From positions 40,982,001 to 41,046,000 of the forward strand of contig OX597827.1 of assembly GCA_951406725.2 (NCBI GenBank): 64,000 nucleotides of DNA, in the 5' to 3' direction. Source of the stretch: Octopus vulgaris (taxonomy: Eukaryota). Numbering within the stretch: the first letter of the stretch is position 1; the number at the start of each line of letters is the position of its first letter. The translations under genes and the position numbers were made by a program. The notes under the pieces were generated by a model that saw nothing but the letters and a program-made list of their open reading frames with translations, had not been told where the DNA came from and did not search any database. Below, piece by piece: positions 25,485 through 38,035 of the stretch.

Positions 25485-26277
25485 CAATAATAATTCTCTA
25501 AAAGGGATATAGACAGTAACTGCTCGATAACATAAGGGACTAAAGCCATCTGAATATGGCTAGGGACAGGGCAGGGTGGTGGGGGTGTTACTGTTGCATT
25601 TAGCCCCAGGCGAACATCGACGTCACCAGAAAGGCTCGACACCGTCACGGTGCCCTTAACCTGCAAAGGGAGGTAATTCCCCGATGAAGCAGAAACCACA
25701 CACGGACCATGGTTTCAAGGTGTATTGCCTATCATCGGCGTGTGGTAGGCCTCCGCTTCCTCGACGAATTCTCACTCTGCAGGATTTTCTTATATAGATT
25801 TTCAAGCAAAATACATTTGCTGATTTCGAAAATCTGTTCGAAAGCAATAATAATTCTCTAAAAGGGATATAGACAGTAACTGCTCGATAACATAAGGGAC
25901 TAAAGCCATCTGAATATGGCTAGGGACAGGGCAGGGTGGTGGGGGTGTTACTGTTGCATTTAGCCCCAGGCGAACATCGACGTCACCAGAAAGGCTCGAC
26001 ACCGTCACGGCGCCCTTAACCTGCAAAGGGAGGTAATTCCCCGATGAAGCGGAAACCACACACGGACCATGGTTTCAAGGTGTATTGCCTATCATCGGCG
26101 TGTGGTAGGCCTCCGCTTCATCGGGGAATTACCTCCCTTTGCAGGTTAAGGGCACCGTGACGGTGTCGAGCCTTTCTGGTGACGTCGATGTTCGCCTGGG
26201 GCTAAATGCAACAGTAACACCCCCACCACCCTGCCCTGTCCCTAGCCATATTCAGATGGCTTTAGTCCCTTATGTTA
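25483..26277. repeat. 360-bp tandem duplication plus fold-back inversion of a Helitron-related segment
   Basis: 25483-25759 repeats at 25843-26119; 26113-26277 is the reverse complement of the unit's first part; the motif ACAGTAACACC...TAGCCATATT(C/G)AGATGGCT is shared with Helitron 45403-45799. Confidence 0.85.
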
Positions 26278-26347
26278 TATATATATATATATATATAATT
26301 TATATGTGTATGTATATATATATATATATATATATAATTTATATGTG

Positions 26348-26385
<38 letters not shown>

Positions 26386-26432
26386 ATTTATATGTGTATG
26401 TATATATATATATATAATTTATATGTGTATGT

Positions 26433-26562
26433 CATCATCGTCGTTTAACGTCCGTTCTCCATGCTAGCATGGGTTGGACGGTTCGACCGGGGTTCTGGGA
26501 AGCCAGAAGGCTGCACCAGGCTCCAGTCTAATCTGACAATGTTTCTACAGCTGGATGCCCTT
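26433..26562 (-). mobile_element. RTE 3' tail fragment
   Basis: Reverse complement of ~17417-17545. Confidence 0.88.
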
Positions 26563-26594
26563 ATATGTATATATATATATATAATTTATATGTG

Positions 26595-26638
<44 letters not shown>

Positions 26639-26710
26639 ATGTGTATGTATATATATATATATATATATAATTTATATGTGTATGTATATATATATATATA
26701 ATTTATATGT

Positions 26711-26741
<31 letters not shown>

Positions 26742-26866
26742 ATTTATATGTGTATGTATATATATATATATATATATATAATTTATATGTGTATGTATAT
26801 AAATATATATATATATATAATTTATGTGTGTATGTATATATATATATATATATATAATTTATTGTG

Positions 26867-26903
<37 letters not shown>

Positions 26904-27330
26904 TTTATATGTGTATGTATATATATATATATATATATAAATAATTTATGTGTATGTATATATATATATATATATAAATAATTTATATGTGTATGTATAT
27001 ATATATATATAATTTATATGTGTATGTATATATATATATAATTTATATGTGTATGTATATATATATATAATTTATATGTGTATGTATATATATATATAAT
27101 TTATATGTGTATGTATATATATATATAATTTATATGTGTATGTATATATATATATAATTTATATGTGTATGTGTATATATATATATAATTTATATGTGTA
27201 TGTATATATATATATATATATAATTTATATGTGTATGTATATCTATTTATATAATTTATATGTGTATGTATATATATATATATATAATTTATATGTGTAT
27301 GTATATATATATATATATAATTTATATGTG

Positions 27331-27366
<36 letters not shown>

Positions 27367-27585
27367 TATGTGTATGTATATATATATATATATATAATTT
27401 ATATGTGTATGTATATATATATATATATATAATTTATATGTGTATGTATATATATATATATATATATATTTATATAATGTATGTATATATATATATATAT
27501 ATATTTATATGTGTATGTATATATATATATATATATATAACTTATATGTGTATGTATATATATATATATATATAATTCATATGTG

Positions 27586-27625
<40 letters not shown>

Positions 27626-27711
27626 ATGTGTATGTATATAAATATATATATATATATAATTTATATGTGTATGTATATATATATATATATATATAATTTA
27701 TGTGTGTATGT

Positions 27712-27742
<31 letters not shown>

Positions 27743-27790
27743 ATGTGTATGTATATATATATATATATATATAATTGTGTATGTGTGTAT

Positions 27791-27860
<70 letters not shown>

Positions 27861-27996
27861 ATATAAATAATTTATATGTGTATTATATATATATATATAT
27901 AAATAATTTATATGTGTATGTATATATATATATATATATATAAATAATTTATATGTGTATGTATATATATATATATATATAAATAATTTATATGTG

Positions 27997-28039
<43 letters not shown>

Positions 28040-28049
28040 TTTATATGTG

Positions 28050-28093
<44 letters not shown>

Positions 28094-28626
28094 ATGTGTA
28101 TGTATATATATATATATATATTTATATGTGTATGTATATATATATATATATAATTTATATGTGTATGTATATATATATATATATAATTTATATGTGTATG
28201 TATATATATATATATATAATTTATATGTGTATGTATATATATATATATATATTTATATGTGTATGTATATATATATATAATTTATATGTGTATGTATATA
28301 TATATATAATTTATATGTGTATGTGTATATATATATATAATTTATATGTGTATATATATATATATATATATAATTTATATGTGTATGTATATATATATAA
28401 TTTATATGTGTATGTATATATATATATATAATTTATATGTGTATGTATATATATATATATATAATTTATATGTGTATGTATGTATATATATATATATAAT
28501 TTATATGTGTATGTATATATATATATATATATAATTTATATGTGTATGTATATATATATATATATTTATATGTGTATATGTGTATATATAATTTATATGT
28601 ATATATATATATATAATTTATATGTG

Positions 28627-28663
<37 letters not shown>

Positions 28664-28986
28664 ATGTATATATATATATATATAACTTATATGTGTATGT
28701 ATATATATAACTTATATGTGTATATATATATATATATCTTATATATGTATGTATATATATATATATATATATAACTTATATGTGTATGCATATATATATA
28801 TATATATATATAACTTATATGTGTATGCATATATATATATATATATATATATAAAGTATATGTGTATATATATAATTTGTATGTATATATATATAAAGTA
28901 TATGTGTATATATATAATTTGTATGTATATATATATATAAAGTATATGTGTATATATATAATTTGTATGTATATATATATAATTTG

Positions 28987-29029
<43 letters not shown>

Positions 29030-29032
<3 letters not shown>

Positions 29033-29124
29033 CCTGATGAAGCCTTCTGGCTTCACAGACCCCAGTAGAACCGTCCAACCCATGCTAGCATGGAAAACGG
29101 ACGCTAAACGACGATGATGATGAT
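29030..29124 (+). mobile_element. RTE 3' tail fragment
   Basis: Matches 17456-17550. Confidence 0.88.
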
Positions 29125-29420
29125 GTATATGTGTATGTATATATAATACATATACATACAATATATATATTGATAAAAACGGTAAGACAACAAAAGAAAG
29201 AGACTTCAATATTACGTATATATATGTCACATATTACAGTTATAATATATATATATATAGGAATAATACAAACAATATAATATAAACAATATAGAATAAG
29301 TACCAGGCTTATGAAAATATTAAAAAAAAGCAATGGGGTTAATTCATTCGACAAAAAATTCTTCAAAGCAGTGTCTCATATTTTTGTTTGCCCACTCAAT
29401 TGTATCTATCAATCTATCTT

Positions 29421-29485
<65 letters not shown>

Positions 29486-29504
29486 GTATGTATATGTGCA
29501 TATA

Positions 29505-31244
29505 TCTATTATATAAAAGTCAATGACTTTATGTGTGTTTGTGTGTTACTTATAGACTCAAAAACTACTGCACCGATCCTAATGAAGTTTGAAACACAAA
29601 ATCCAATTCTAGGGAGAAGGGTAATGCCATATGTTTCATACAATTTCATGGACCAAAATTACTGAATGGATCCTTATGATATTTGGAACTTAGATTCAAT
29701 GCATAAGGGCAGGTATAATGCAGTATGTTTGGTTTGAATTTCAGGTGGCTTAAAGGGGGCAAGAACCCCACTCCCACCCCCGAAAAATTCATAAATTTCT
29801 GATGTTGATGAAATTTCAACCATAGGTAACTGATACACATCAAGAAGTATTCCCAAATTTTTCACTTCTCATGAGGATTCTAAGAACCCCTAATGGGGGC
29901 CTTAACTCCCAAATTTTAGTAATTTTTTATGATCCAAAACTAGGTCAAAAGTACTGAATGGATCTTTATGAAATTTGGAAATTATATTCTATGCATAAGG
30001 ACAGATGTAATGCAGTATATGTTTGAAAGTGAGGGAGCATAAATGAGGCCATAACCCTCATGAAAATTCATATATTTTTGCTGTTGATGAAATTTTAACC
30101 ATAAAAATTAGACACAAATGAAGTAATATTCCTAAAATTTCAACTACTTAAGAGTTAGTAAGACCCCTTAATGGGGGTTAACCCCCATAATTTAGTCATT
30201 TTTCCTAAGCCAAGACAAATACAATTGTAGAATCACTCAAGTATACAAGGTGAACGTTATTTGTAATTCAATGGTACAACAGTGTAAGAGTTTGCTTTGA
30301 GATATACTTAGATTGTGAATTCTGCAATGTGGTGCATATATTGTCAAGTAAAAGAGAGGCATCTTTGCTTCCACTGATTCAGTGGCAAATTGTTGAGTAA
30401 AGTTATTTGGTTGCCGACCTCCTTTGAGTCTTTTTATTATCACTGGGTCACAGATAGTCCCCACATGGTAACATTGATTTCAAGGCCTTCCCAGATAAGT
30501 GATTGATTATTCAAAGAGATTTATAGATAGCAAATTTATTATGTTCAGTTACCTATCAGCATAGTGATCATTGGCAAACTCCAGAGGTGATACTTTCATT
30601 TCCCTTAGCCCTCACGTCACACAGTTGTTCATGTTTATTTGAATTGAGTCACACCCTTCCAATTACTATAGATCCATAATGCATCTTACGGCATTGTTGG
30701 TCACCTGTATGGTGAGGAATCCTACAATAGGGAGTGGTAACAACTAGGGTAGGGTAGCTGACTGCTTATTGTGATCATTTGTCTTTTGGTTTCTGTAGCT
30801 TTGCTCTCTTTTACAAACCTAGTGAACATTTATATATTTCCAATTTCAAAGAAATTTGAACAATAGATATAAGACACAAGTTAAAAAAGATTCCCAACAA
30901 TTCAACTTCTCTGGTTGACTTTAAGACACCCCCAACCCCCTAACAGGGGCCTTAACTCCCACATTTTAGAGCTCCATATGCTCCATTTTTCAGGAGCAAA
31001 AACCTTTGAATAGGTTTTATAAGATTTGTATTTTGGAATCTAGGCATAAAGATGAGTGGTATGGGATAAATGTCGTGATTAGAATTGTTTTGTAGGGTGT
31101 GTAAAGAGGGAAAGAACCCTCATTAAAATTCTTAATCTCCAATTTTGATGAAATTTGAATCATAGTTCATTAGAGAAAGTATCAAAGAAAAGTCTAATTC
31201 TTCAATTCCATGTGACACGGGCAACGCTGGGTATCTCTGGCTAG
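29505..31244 (+). mobile_element. Non-autonomous Helitron with internal ~295-bp repeats
   Basis: A|TC 5' end; hairpin plus CTAG|T 3' end; repeated units at ~29650-29940, ~29945-30220 and partially at 30820-31200. Confidence 0.75.
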
Positions 31245-33454
31245 TTTTATATAAAACTATGTTGGAATACATTTTACCAAGGATCTATAAGTAAATCCGA
31301 GAAAACCTTGCTAAAAAATCTCATCACATGCAAGAATTTCCCTGAATACGTGGTCGGATGGTGAAAAGCGTCATAAATCAACAAGTTGTAAAGTGAAAAT
31401 ATTTGATACAACACCACACATTATATGACAGGATGTTACATAGAGTTGAACACGTTGGTTTAGTACAATATCAAACCCGAGAGGATGAGATACGAAGTTA
31501 ACTACAATTTAATTTCGAACTAGGAAAAGCAAAGTCGTAAATGAATGGGTATGTTTTAACTAAATCAATAGTACTACGTTACTAGAAACTTGTTGAATGA
31601 AGGACAAAAAAACAAAACATATGGACAACCGAAGAGTGATGGACTTGAACCCAGAACGTAACAAACTAATGAGCTTAAATAATTCTTGTAAAGGCAATTT
31701 AACCAGAAGGCACTGTGGTAAATTAAATTTTCTTCTGACTGGTGTAGAAAATTTGAGTATTACATGATTAATTAATTGATTGGAGATAGATAAATAGAAA
31801 GAGGTAATACTGTACAAGAGACGCGGAGAATATCTAATTCGCTCACAACTAATTTCTACAAGAATAATTCTTTTTCTTTTTTCAAAATTATTACCACCCT
31901 CTAACAACTCTTTAAAAACAAAGTTTGCAAAATCGTAATCACTGATGTTTCTAGATAATTTGTTGAAAATTTTAAAAGATTAAAACCGAAAAATTTACGT
32001 AATGGAAAGGAGTTGAAATAATGAAAATTTTATAGTTTGATTTTTTTTTTTCTTTTCTTTGAAGAATTACTCTTAAATATTTGAAATATAAATCTGAAAG
32101 AAAAAATATTTCTTATGTTTTTTCTTCATTTTTCAAAATTCTAATATCCGATATTTGAAATTGTGATTTTAAACAAACGAGATGATTTCCGACTCTATTC
32201 TGCAGGATTACCATGTATATAGCTACAGAAAGAGAAAGAGAGGTAAACGTTGTCAACTCACCGTTTAGTTCTTTGAAGTTAAACAATTCCAGAAAGTTAT
32301 GTAAGTTCTCTGTATGCGTGTGGTATTACTTGTCTATATCTAAACGTATGAAATGGTGTTTATATATATATATTGAGAGAAAGCGGCAGAGAATGATGAA
32401 AGGGTATCTGTCAAATCGCAAAGGCAGACAAAAAAGCAAAGTTGCGAGTGCAGGCTTAGTTGGTGTTGACTCCTAATGGTACTGTAAATGTTGTTGTTGT
32501 TCTGATGGTGTTAATAGTTGTTAGTGACAGAGTGGTGTGTTTTTATTCGTAATTAAAGCCGGTAGCGTTGGTAGTAGTAGTTGGTAACATTTCTTCTCTT
32601 ATTGGTTGTGGTGGTAGTGTTTGTTATTTTTATGGCCAATGGTGGTGCTGTTGTTAGAATTTCGTAACAGTGATATAGTTTCTACTGCTGGTCGTGTTGT
32701 TGTTCTTACACATCAAATTGTTGTGGCTGTTGTTGTTGTTGTCAACAGCTGATTACCTATTATGGTAATCTGTAATTTTACCATTATTTTTTCCTTTCTT
32801 TTACATATTGTTATACATATTTTTTGCTGTTATTTCCCTTTTTTACGTTATTGTTATATTTTATTATATTGTCCTTAACACAAACACGTGGCTTTCTCAA
32901 TATTTGGAGGTGGATGGGGTGACTATTATAAAGCATAACAGTTGCGGTAAGAGTACTAATAGTAGTGGTAGTTGCGGTGACAATAACAGTGTGTGTTGGT
33001 GATAGTGGTGGTGGTTGTGGTGACAGAACCAGTATGTAATGTTGATGGGTGGTTGTGGCTGCGGTGACAACACTGCTGGTGGTTCTGGTGACAGCTGTAG
33101 TATATTGGCGGTTGCTGTGACAGATCCAATACGTAATGTGGACGTTAGTGGTTCTGCTGGTGGTTGTAGTAACAATCCTTATCGCTGGTTGTGGTGATGG
33201 TTTTAGTATGGTATATTGGTGCTTGCAGTGACAATTACTATAGATGTGTATTGTCAAGGCGATGTAGCAACGATGTCAATGGGATGGTGTTGTGGAGGTG
33301 ATGGTTATGGTCACAGGCAACATATAGGAAGAGGTGGAAGTTGTTTGTGGTTGTTGTTTAAGCTCCCAGGTTAGACTCGTCAAGCAGAGACCAAAGACAT
33401 TCTAACTGCGAACATCATCTTAGTTATAGTATATATCAGACATAAATTTATTTC

Positions 33455-33670
33455 TTCTATAGGCACAAGGCCTGAAATTTTGTGGGGAGGGTCTAATCAA
33501 TGTAATGACCCCCCCCCCCCAGTGCTCAACTCATACTTATTTTATCACACCGGAAAGGAAGAAAGCCAAAGTCGACCACGACGGTATTTGAACCCAGAAC
33601 ATAAAGAGTCCGGAAAAAAAAATACCGCTGGCATTTTGTCCGACGTGGTAACAATCCTGCCAGCTGGGGG
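33455..33670 (-). mobile_element. SINE family C, older copy
   Basis: Similar to 12724-12938. Confidence 0.75.
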
Positions 33671-33927
33671 ATATAGTTTGCGGGATATTTATTTGACAGC
33701 TATTTCTAGCAAGTTGAGAAACCACGTTGAAGTTCTCTGACTGCTCTCAGATATGCTCTTAGCAGTTTTTATGTGGGACAGTCTTGCATTTGTAACATAG
33801 TAGAGTTTTAAAAACTCAATTATCCGATGTTATCCATGCAATTAGTTGACAAAACTCCCACAAAGGATATTTAAAATCTAACTCCAATATGATCACTTGA
33901 TCGAAATTGTTGGACAACATAGACAGC

Positions 33928-34008
33928 GCAGACTGAAGTGGATCTGATCTTTATTGCTAACAGCTGAAGGCAGTGTTGGTTTCAGGATCAGATCCACTCT
34001 TAGATTGC
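33928..34008 (+). ncRNA. Candidate pri-miRNA-like hairpin
   Basis: 13-bp perfect stem AGTGGATCTGATC / GATCAGATCCACT, an upper stem with G-U pairs and an imperfect lower stem; single copy in the window. Confidence 0.35.
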
Positions 34009-34227
34009 ATTTTCTATATTTTCCAACAGGTCAGTGAAATTAGTCTATTGGAGTTATCTCCCTTGTTAGTTTGTTTTTTTTTAACGATTTTTAACACCTC
34101 CAGAGGAAGTTTTTGACTACTTATAGCACGGATAATCTCAGTTAATCAAAATGTTCAGTTCACTATGTTACATATGAAAGACTACCGTATTTGTACTTTG
34201 TATGCAGAACTCTTCTCTCCGCTAGTT

Positions 34228-34246
34228 TTTCCCGCGACTATATTGG
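34228..34246. promoter_or_regulatory. E2F-like site with adjacent CCAAT box
   Basis: TTTCCCGC at 34228-34235 and ATTGG at 34242-34246 in CpG-retaining unique DNA. Confidence 0.3.
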
Positions 34247-34283
34247 TATTTCTCTTACACTCACTTATTCAACCCACTTCTTT

Positions 34284-34702
34284 TTACTCTTTTTTTTTCT
34301 CTTTTTTACTTGTTTCAGTCATTTGACTGCGGCCATGCTGGAGCACCGCCTTTAGTCGAGCAAATCGACCCCGGGACTTATTCTTTGTAAGCCCAGTACT
34401 TATTCTATCGGTCTCTTTTGCCGAACAGCTAAGTTACGGGGACGTAAACACACCAGCATCGGTTGTCAAGCAATGCTAGGGGAACAAACACAGACACACA
34501 AACATATTCACACACACTTATATATATATACATATATACGACAGGCTTCTTTCAGTTTCCGTCTACCAAATCCACTCACAAGGCATTGGTCGGCCCGGGG
34601 CTATAGCAGAAGACACTTGCCCAAGATGCCACGCAGTGGGACTGAACCCGGAACCATGTGGTTGGTTAGCAAGCTACTTACCAAACAGCCACTCCTGCGC
34701 CT
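34284..34702 (-). mobile_element. SINE family A, full length, CpGs largely intact
   Basis: Reverse complement of 2255-2670. Confidence 0.92.
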
Positions 34703-35745
34703 ATATAATTAATTTTTGCATCTCTCTAACTTTCTAGTATTTCGTCTTTCACTCTTACCTTTTCTACATAATCTCTCTCTTTTAAGATAGGGGGACAATT
34801 TATTTCTCATTCATCCTCTCTTACTCTGACTCTTTAACTTTTCCTCCCTCGAATCATATCTTTCTCTCTATTCATACCCTTCGGTTACTCATTTCTGTTA
34901 CCCTAACTCACATTTTCCCCCGCTCAGTCTCTCAGCTTCCTCTGTTTTTTTCTCTCTCTTCTGCCCTCCCCTGAGAAAAAAACCTCAGTTGACGTCTCCA
35001 TCAATTTCTCTCTTACTTTCTCTTTCTACGTATACTTCAGTCCAAAAGAAAAAGAACACTCTTTTTCTCTATTTGTATCTCTTACTCTTTTCTTCCTCGA
35101 TGTATACTTTAGTCCGTCCCAACATGAAAAGAATATTCTCTCTCTCTCTTTACTTTTCTCTTTCTATTTCCGTCTCTCCCAAGCAACTCGGCTTCTTTTC
35201 CCTCATTCTCACTTTCCCCCTCTGACATTTCAGTTATACTTTCTAATCCATTATGCCGTACACTACCGCTGTTAGTACTGCACCTCTCTCAATCCTCTTG
35301 TATTTATGCAAATTAGGACCAATTTCCTCTATTATTTGAAAATTTCAGATCTTCGGGATTCTTTTGCTAGGAAGGGCAACTGTGTGTCTGTGTATAAGTA
35401 TATACATAAATGCGTGTGTCTGTGTGTATAAGTATATGCATAAATGCGTGTGTGCCTGTGTGTACAAGCATAAATATATGCATGAATGTGTGTGTATCTA
35501 TATGAGTGTGTTCAGACAATTATGCTTGCTTGTGTGTGCGCGCGCGTAAATGTGTATTTGTATCAGTGCATGCTTTTTCCAAGAGTGTAAGTTTGTGTTT
35601 GTGAAAGTACATATGTGTGTGTGGATATATAACAGTGCGAGTGAATGTGTGTTTATACAGTCATGAACGAATATTTAGGACATTCGCTCACGATAAAGGG
35701 GTTTCAAATTTGATCACTCAGACTCTGGTTGACCAAGCTCTCGAG

Positions 35746-35954
35746 GCAAAAGTAAAGAATACGTGACGGACGTAAAGAATACGTACACCACCTGTTTTCG
35801 GCGTAACAAAAACCTTAACCCTAATCCTAACACTCAACCCTAACCCTAAACACCGGGTGTACGTATTCGGCGAAGGTAAAGAATATGCACACTCAGTATT
35901 TAGGGGTTAGGGTTATGCCGAAAACGGGTGGTGTGCGTATTCTTTATCTCTTCC
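35746..35954. mobile_element. Two abutting, oppositely oriented micro-MITEs containing (CCCTAA)-like repeats
   Basis: TIR core TAAAGAATACG(T/C)ACAC / GTGT(A/G)CGTATTC; GG...CC termini on the second copy (35869-35954). Confidence 0.65.
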
Positions 35955-36367
35955 CCTTCCCGTGTAAGTTTTCCCCTCAATTTTAAATTTTAAGACAGCT
36001 TTTTAAAATACTTCCTATGTGAAGTGAAGCAGTAATCTTTAACGTTCCGTGCAAAGTGTGCCAGTATCTTTTCCTTTTCTTTCAGTCTAATGTGGAAGAA
36101 TTGCCTGTCTATCTCCAGTCTATCCCAAAGTCTGAAAATTCACTGCATTGAGTTTATGTATGTACGTGCATATGGGTGGGTGTAAATGAGACAGAGTGAG
36201 AGAGTTGAATTCTCAGCTACTTTCAAATACAATGCACAGGAAGACACGCTGTTAGAACAAGTGGAATATTAATAGACGATCCATTCACTGTGTGAGAGAG
36301 AGAAAGTCAGTGTGTGTGTCCTTGTGAATGGGATTTTGTTTCAATACTCAACTAGTAGAAAGACTTT

Positions 36368-36777
36368 GGATCTTTTCGGTTTCACCGGCAGTTTTTAAAA
36401 ATAATTTCCACGTAACTAAAAACTTTTAAACTTCGTATACTGGTAGAATGTATTTATAAAACATCTTTTCTCTTGGTTTTATTAAGAAAATTCTATGGTT
36501 TGTAAGATATTTGTTGTTTTTTGTCTTCATTTTCTGCAATTTCAACCAGTCAGTGACGTCTATTGAGGTGAAAACATTCTGTGCCGTATGAATATGTCCC
36601 TCGTTTAAGAAACAGATTGGGTTTATTTACATTTGTGAAGAAAAAAAGATACCCTTCCCCCCACCCCTAACCCTAAAACACATTGAAATGCAATAGATCG
36701 ATACTAGGGTCATAATTATGGGTGACAATTTCATATGACACCGCTAGAAAAAACTGCCGGTCAAACCAAAAAGATCC
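36368..36777 (+). mobile_element. MITE with 29-bp TIR and 8-bp TSD (Merlin-like)
   Basis: TIR GGATCTTTTCGGTTTCACCGGCAGTTTTT; TSD AAGACTTT at 36360-36367 and 36778-36785; second copy at 61907-62320. Confidence 0.9.
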
Positions 36778-36962
36778 AAGACTTTACTTACAATTATTAT
36801 ATCTAAAAATAAAAAAACAGTTGCTGCTATTATTGTAGTTGTTGCTTTTGCTGTTGTTGTTTAGAACCAAGTCAGTCCTGATCATATAGGCTAACACTCA
36901 AAAGCGTTCCTGTATGACCATTCCGGGATTTGGTCGGTTTGGCTGCCAGCATCAATTCTATT

Positions 36963-37150
36963 CCAATTGATTTCATATCCAGCGTAATGATAGACTTTTA
37001 TTGGCTAATGAATGGCGTGAAAATCATATTCGGTATAAATCATTAAATAAAAAGTTATTAGCAATTAAAGTTTGAAAATTTAGGTAATTTCAGCCAGTCG
37101 TAAGCCACAGTCAATTTCATGCCTGTTTCCATAGTAACACGTTTTGAAAT
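36963..37150. promoter_or_regulatory. Putative promoter with CCAAT boxes and an RFX X-box
   Basis: CCAAT at 36963, ATTGG at 37000, GTTTCCATAGTAAC at 37125-37138 (fits GTHNYYATRRNAAC). Confidence 0.35.
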
Positions 37151-37402
37151 GTACAATTAAAATATTTATTTTATTTAGTTGCATCAAGTACAGACAATAA
37201 AATATGAAGCTGTAAATAATATTGTACAAGACTTTTTTTTTCACTTGAATTGCAATTCCATTACCAAAAAAAAAAAATTGATTGCAGTAGAATGGTTATT
37301 AAATGGTTTCAAATCCACCATACGCTCAGCCAATTCTTCCACATTAGAAAAAATTGATCTGAGAAATAAATCATAAGTAAGATTTATTAGTTAGGATTAA
37401 TA

Positions 37403-37738
37403 CAGTAGAATTGGCTAATTCGTTACTTCACCTAATTTGTCACTTTCAGTTTTCTCCTAGAAATAACTAATTAGGTAAATTCTACTTTATTTTTTAAAAA
37501 TTTATTTTATTTTAATTCATTTTCAAAATACTGCTTTTTCCAAAAATAAGCCCATGGGCTTAAATACAGACTTGAATAATTTTGCTTAACTAATTTTTTT
37601 CTGAAAATAATAAAAATTACTGGGTCTATACATGAAAAGAGTTTCTGAATATAATCAGACTGGAACCTGGCACAGCCTTCCAGCAGGCCAGGCCAGTCAA
37701 ACTGTCCAACCCATGCCAGCATAGACAATGGACGTTAA

Positions 37739-37771
<33 letters not shown>

Positions 37772-37948
37772 CTTGGTTGAGCTTATTTTTGGTAAAACCC
37801 AATAATGCTTTTATAATTTTTGTTTTAATAAAATATAGTAAATTTTCAAAATGTTATTCTCAGCCACAATATTTTAAGTACAGTAGAATTTTCATTTTAA
37901 GTACTTTTTAGTTTCCTTTAGAGGTGAGAAATTAGGCAAATTCTACTG
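37403..37948. mobile_element. pogo/Tigger-like MITE(s) with TA TSD; RTE tail inserted at ~37655-37770
   Basis: TA-CAGTAGAATT...AATTCTACTG-TA termini; additional TIR copies at ~37470-37487 and 37881. Confidence 0.6.
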
Positions 37949-38035
37949 TAGAAATCTTGTTCTGTACTTTTCCAGGTGTAATAACTTAAGAATATTAACA
38001 TGCGTGTGCCTGCAATTTTCATTGGGATATATATA

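Larger units (their letters stand above)
24737..29029. repeat. Compound satellite AATTTATATGTGTATG(TA)n, interrupted at 25483-26277 and 26433-26562
   Basis: Direct reading; fixed spacer motif with a variable-length TA run. Confidence 0.97.

Noticed and set aside
24860-29029. CRISPR-like appearance of a fixed motif separated by variable spacers
   Set aside because: Spacers are only variable-length (TA)n, there are no cas genes, and the context is eukaryotic
33968-33989. AGGCAGTGT resemblance to miR-34/449
   Set aside because: Only the seed matches, and it starts in the terminal loop rather than on a 5p arm
34011-34035. Acceptor immediately followed by donor (CAG|GTCAGT), recursive-splice-like
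   Set aside because: Such a motif is expected by chance in 64 kb, and no host transcript is established
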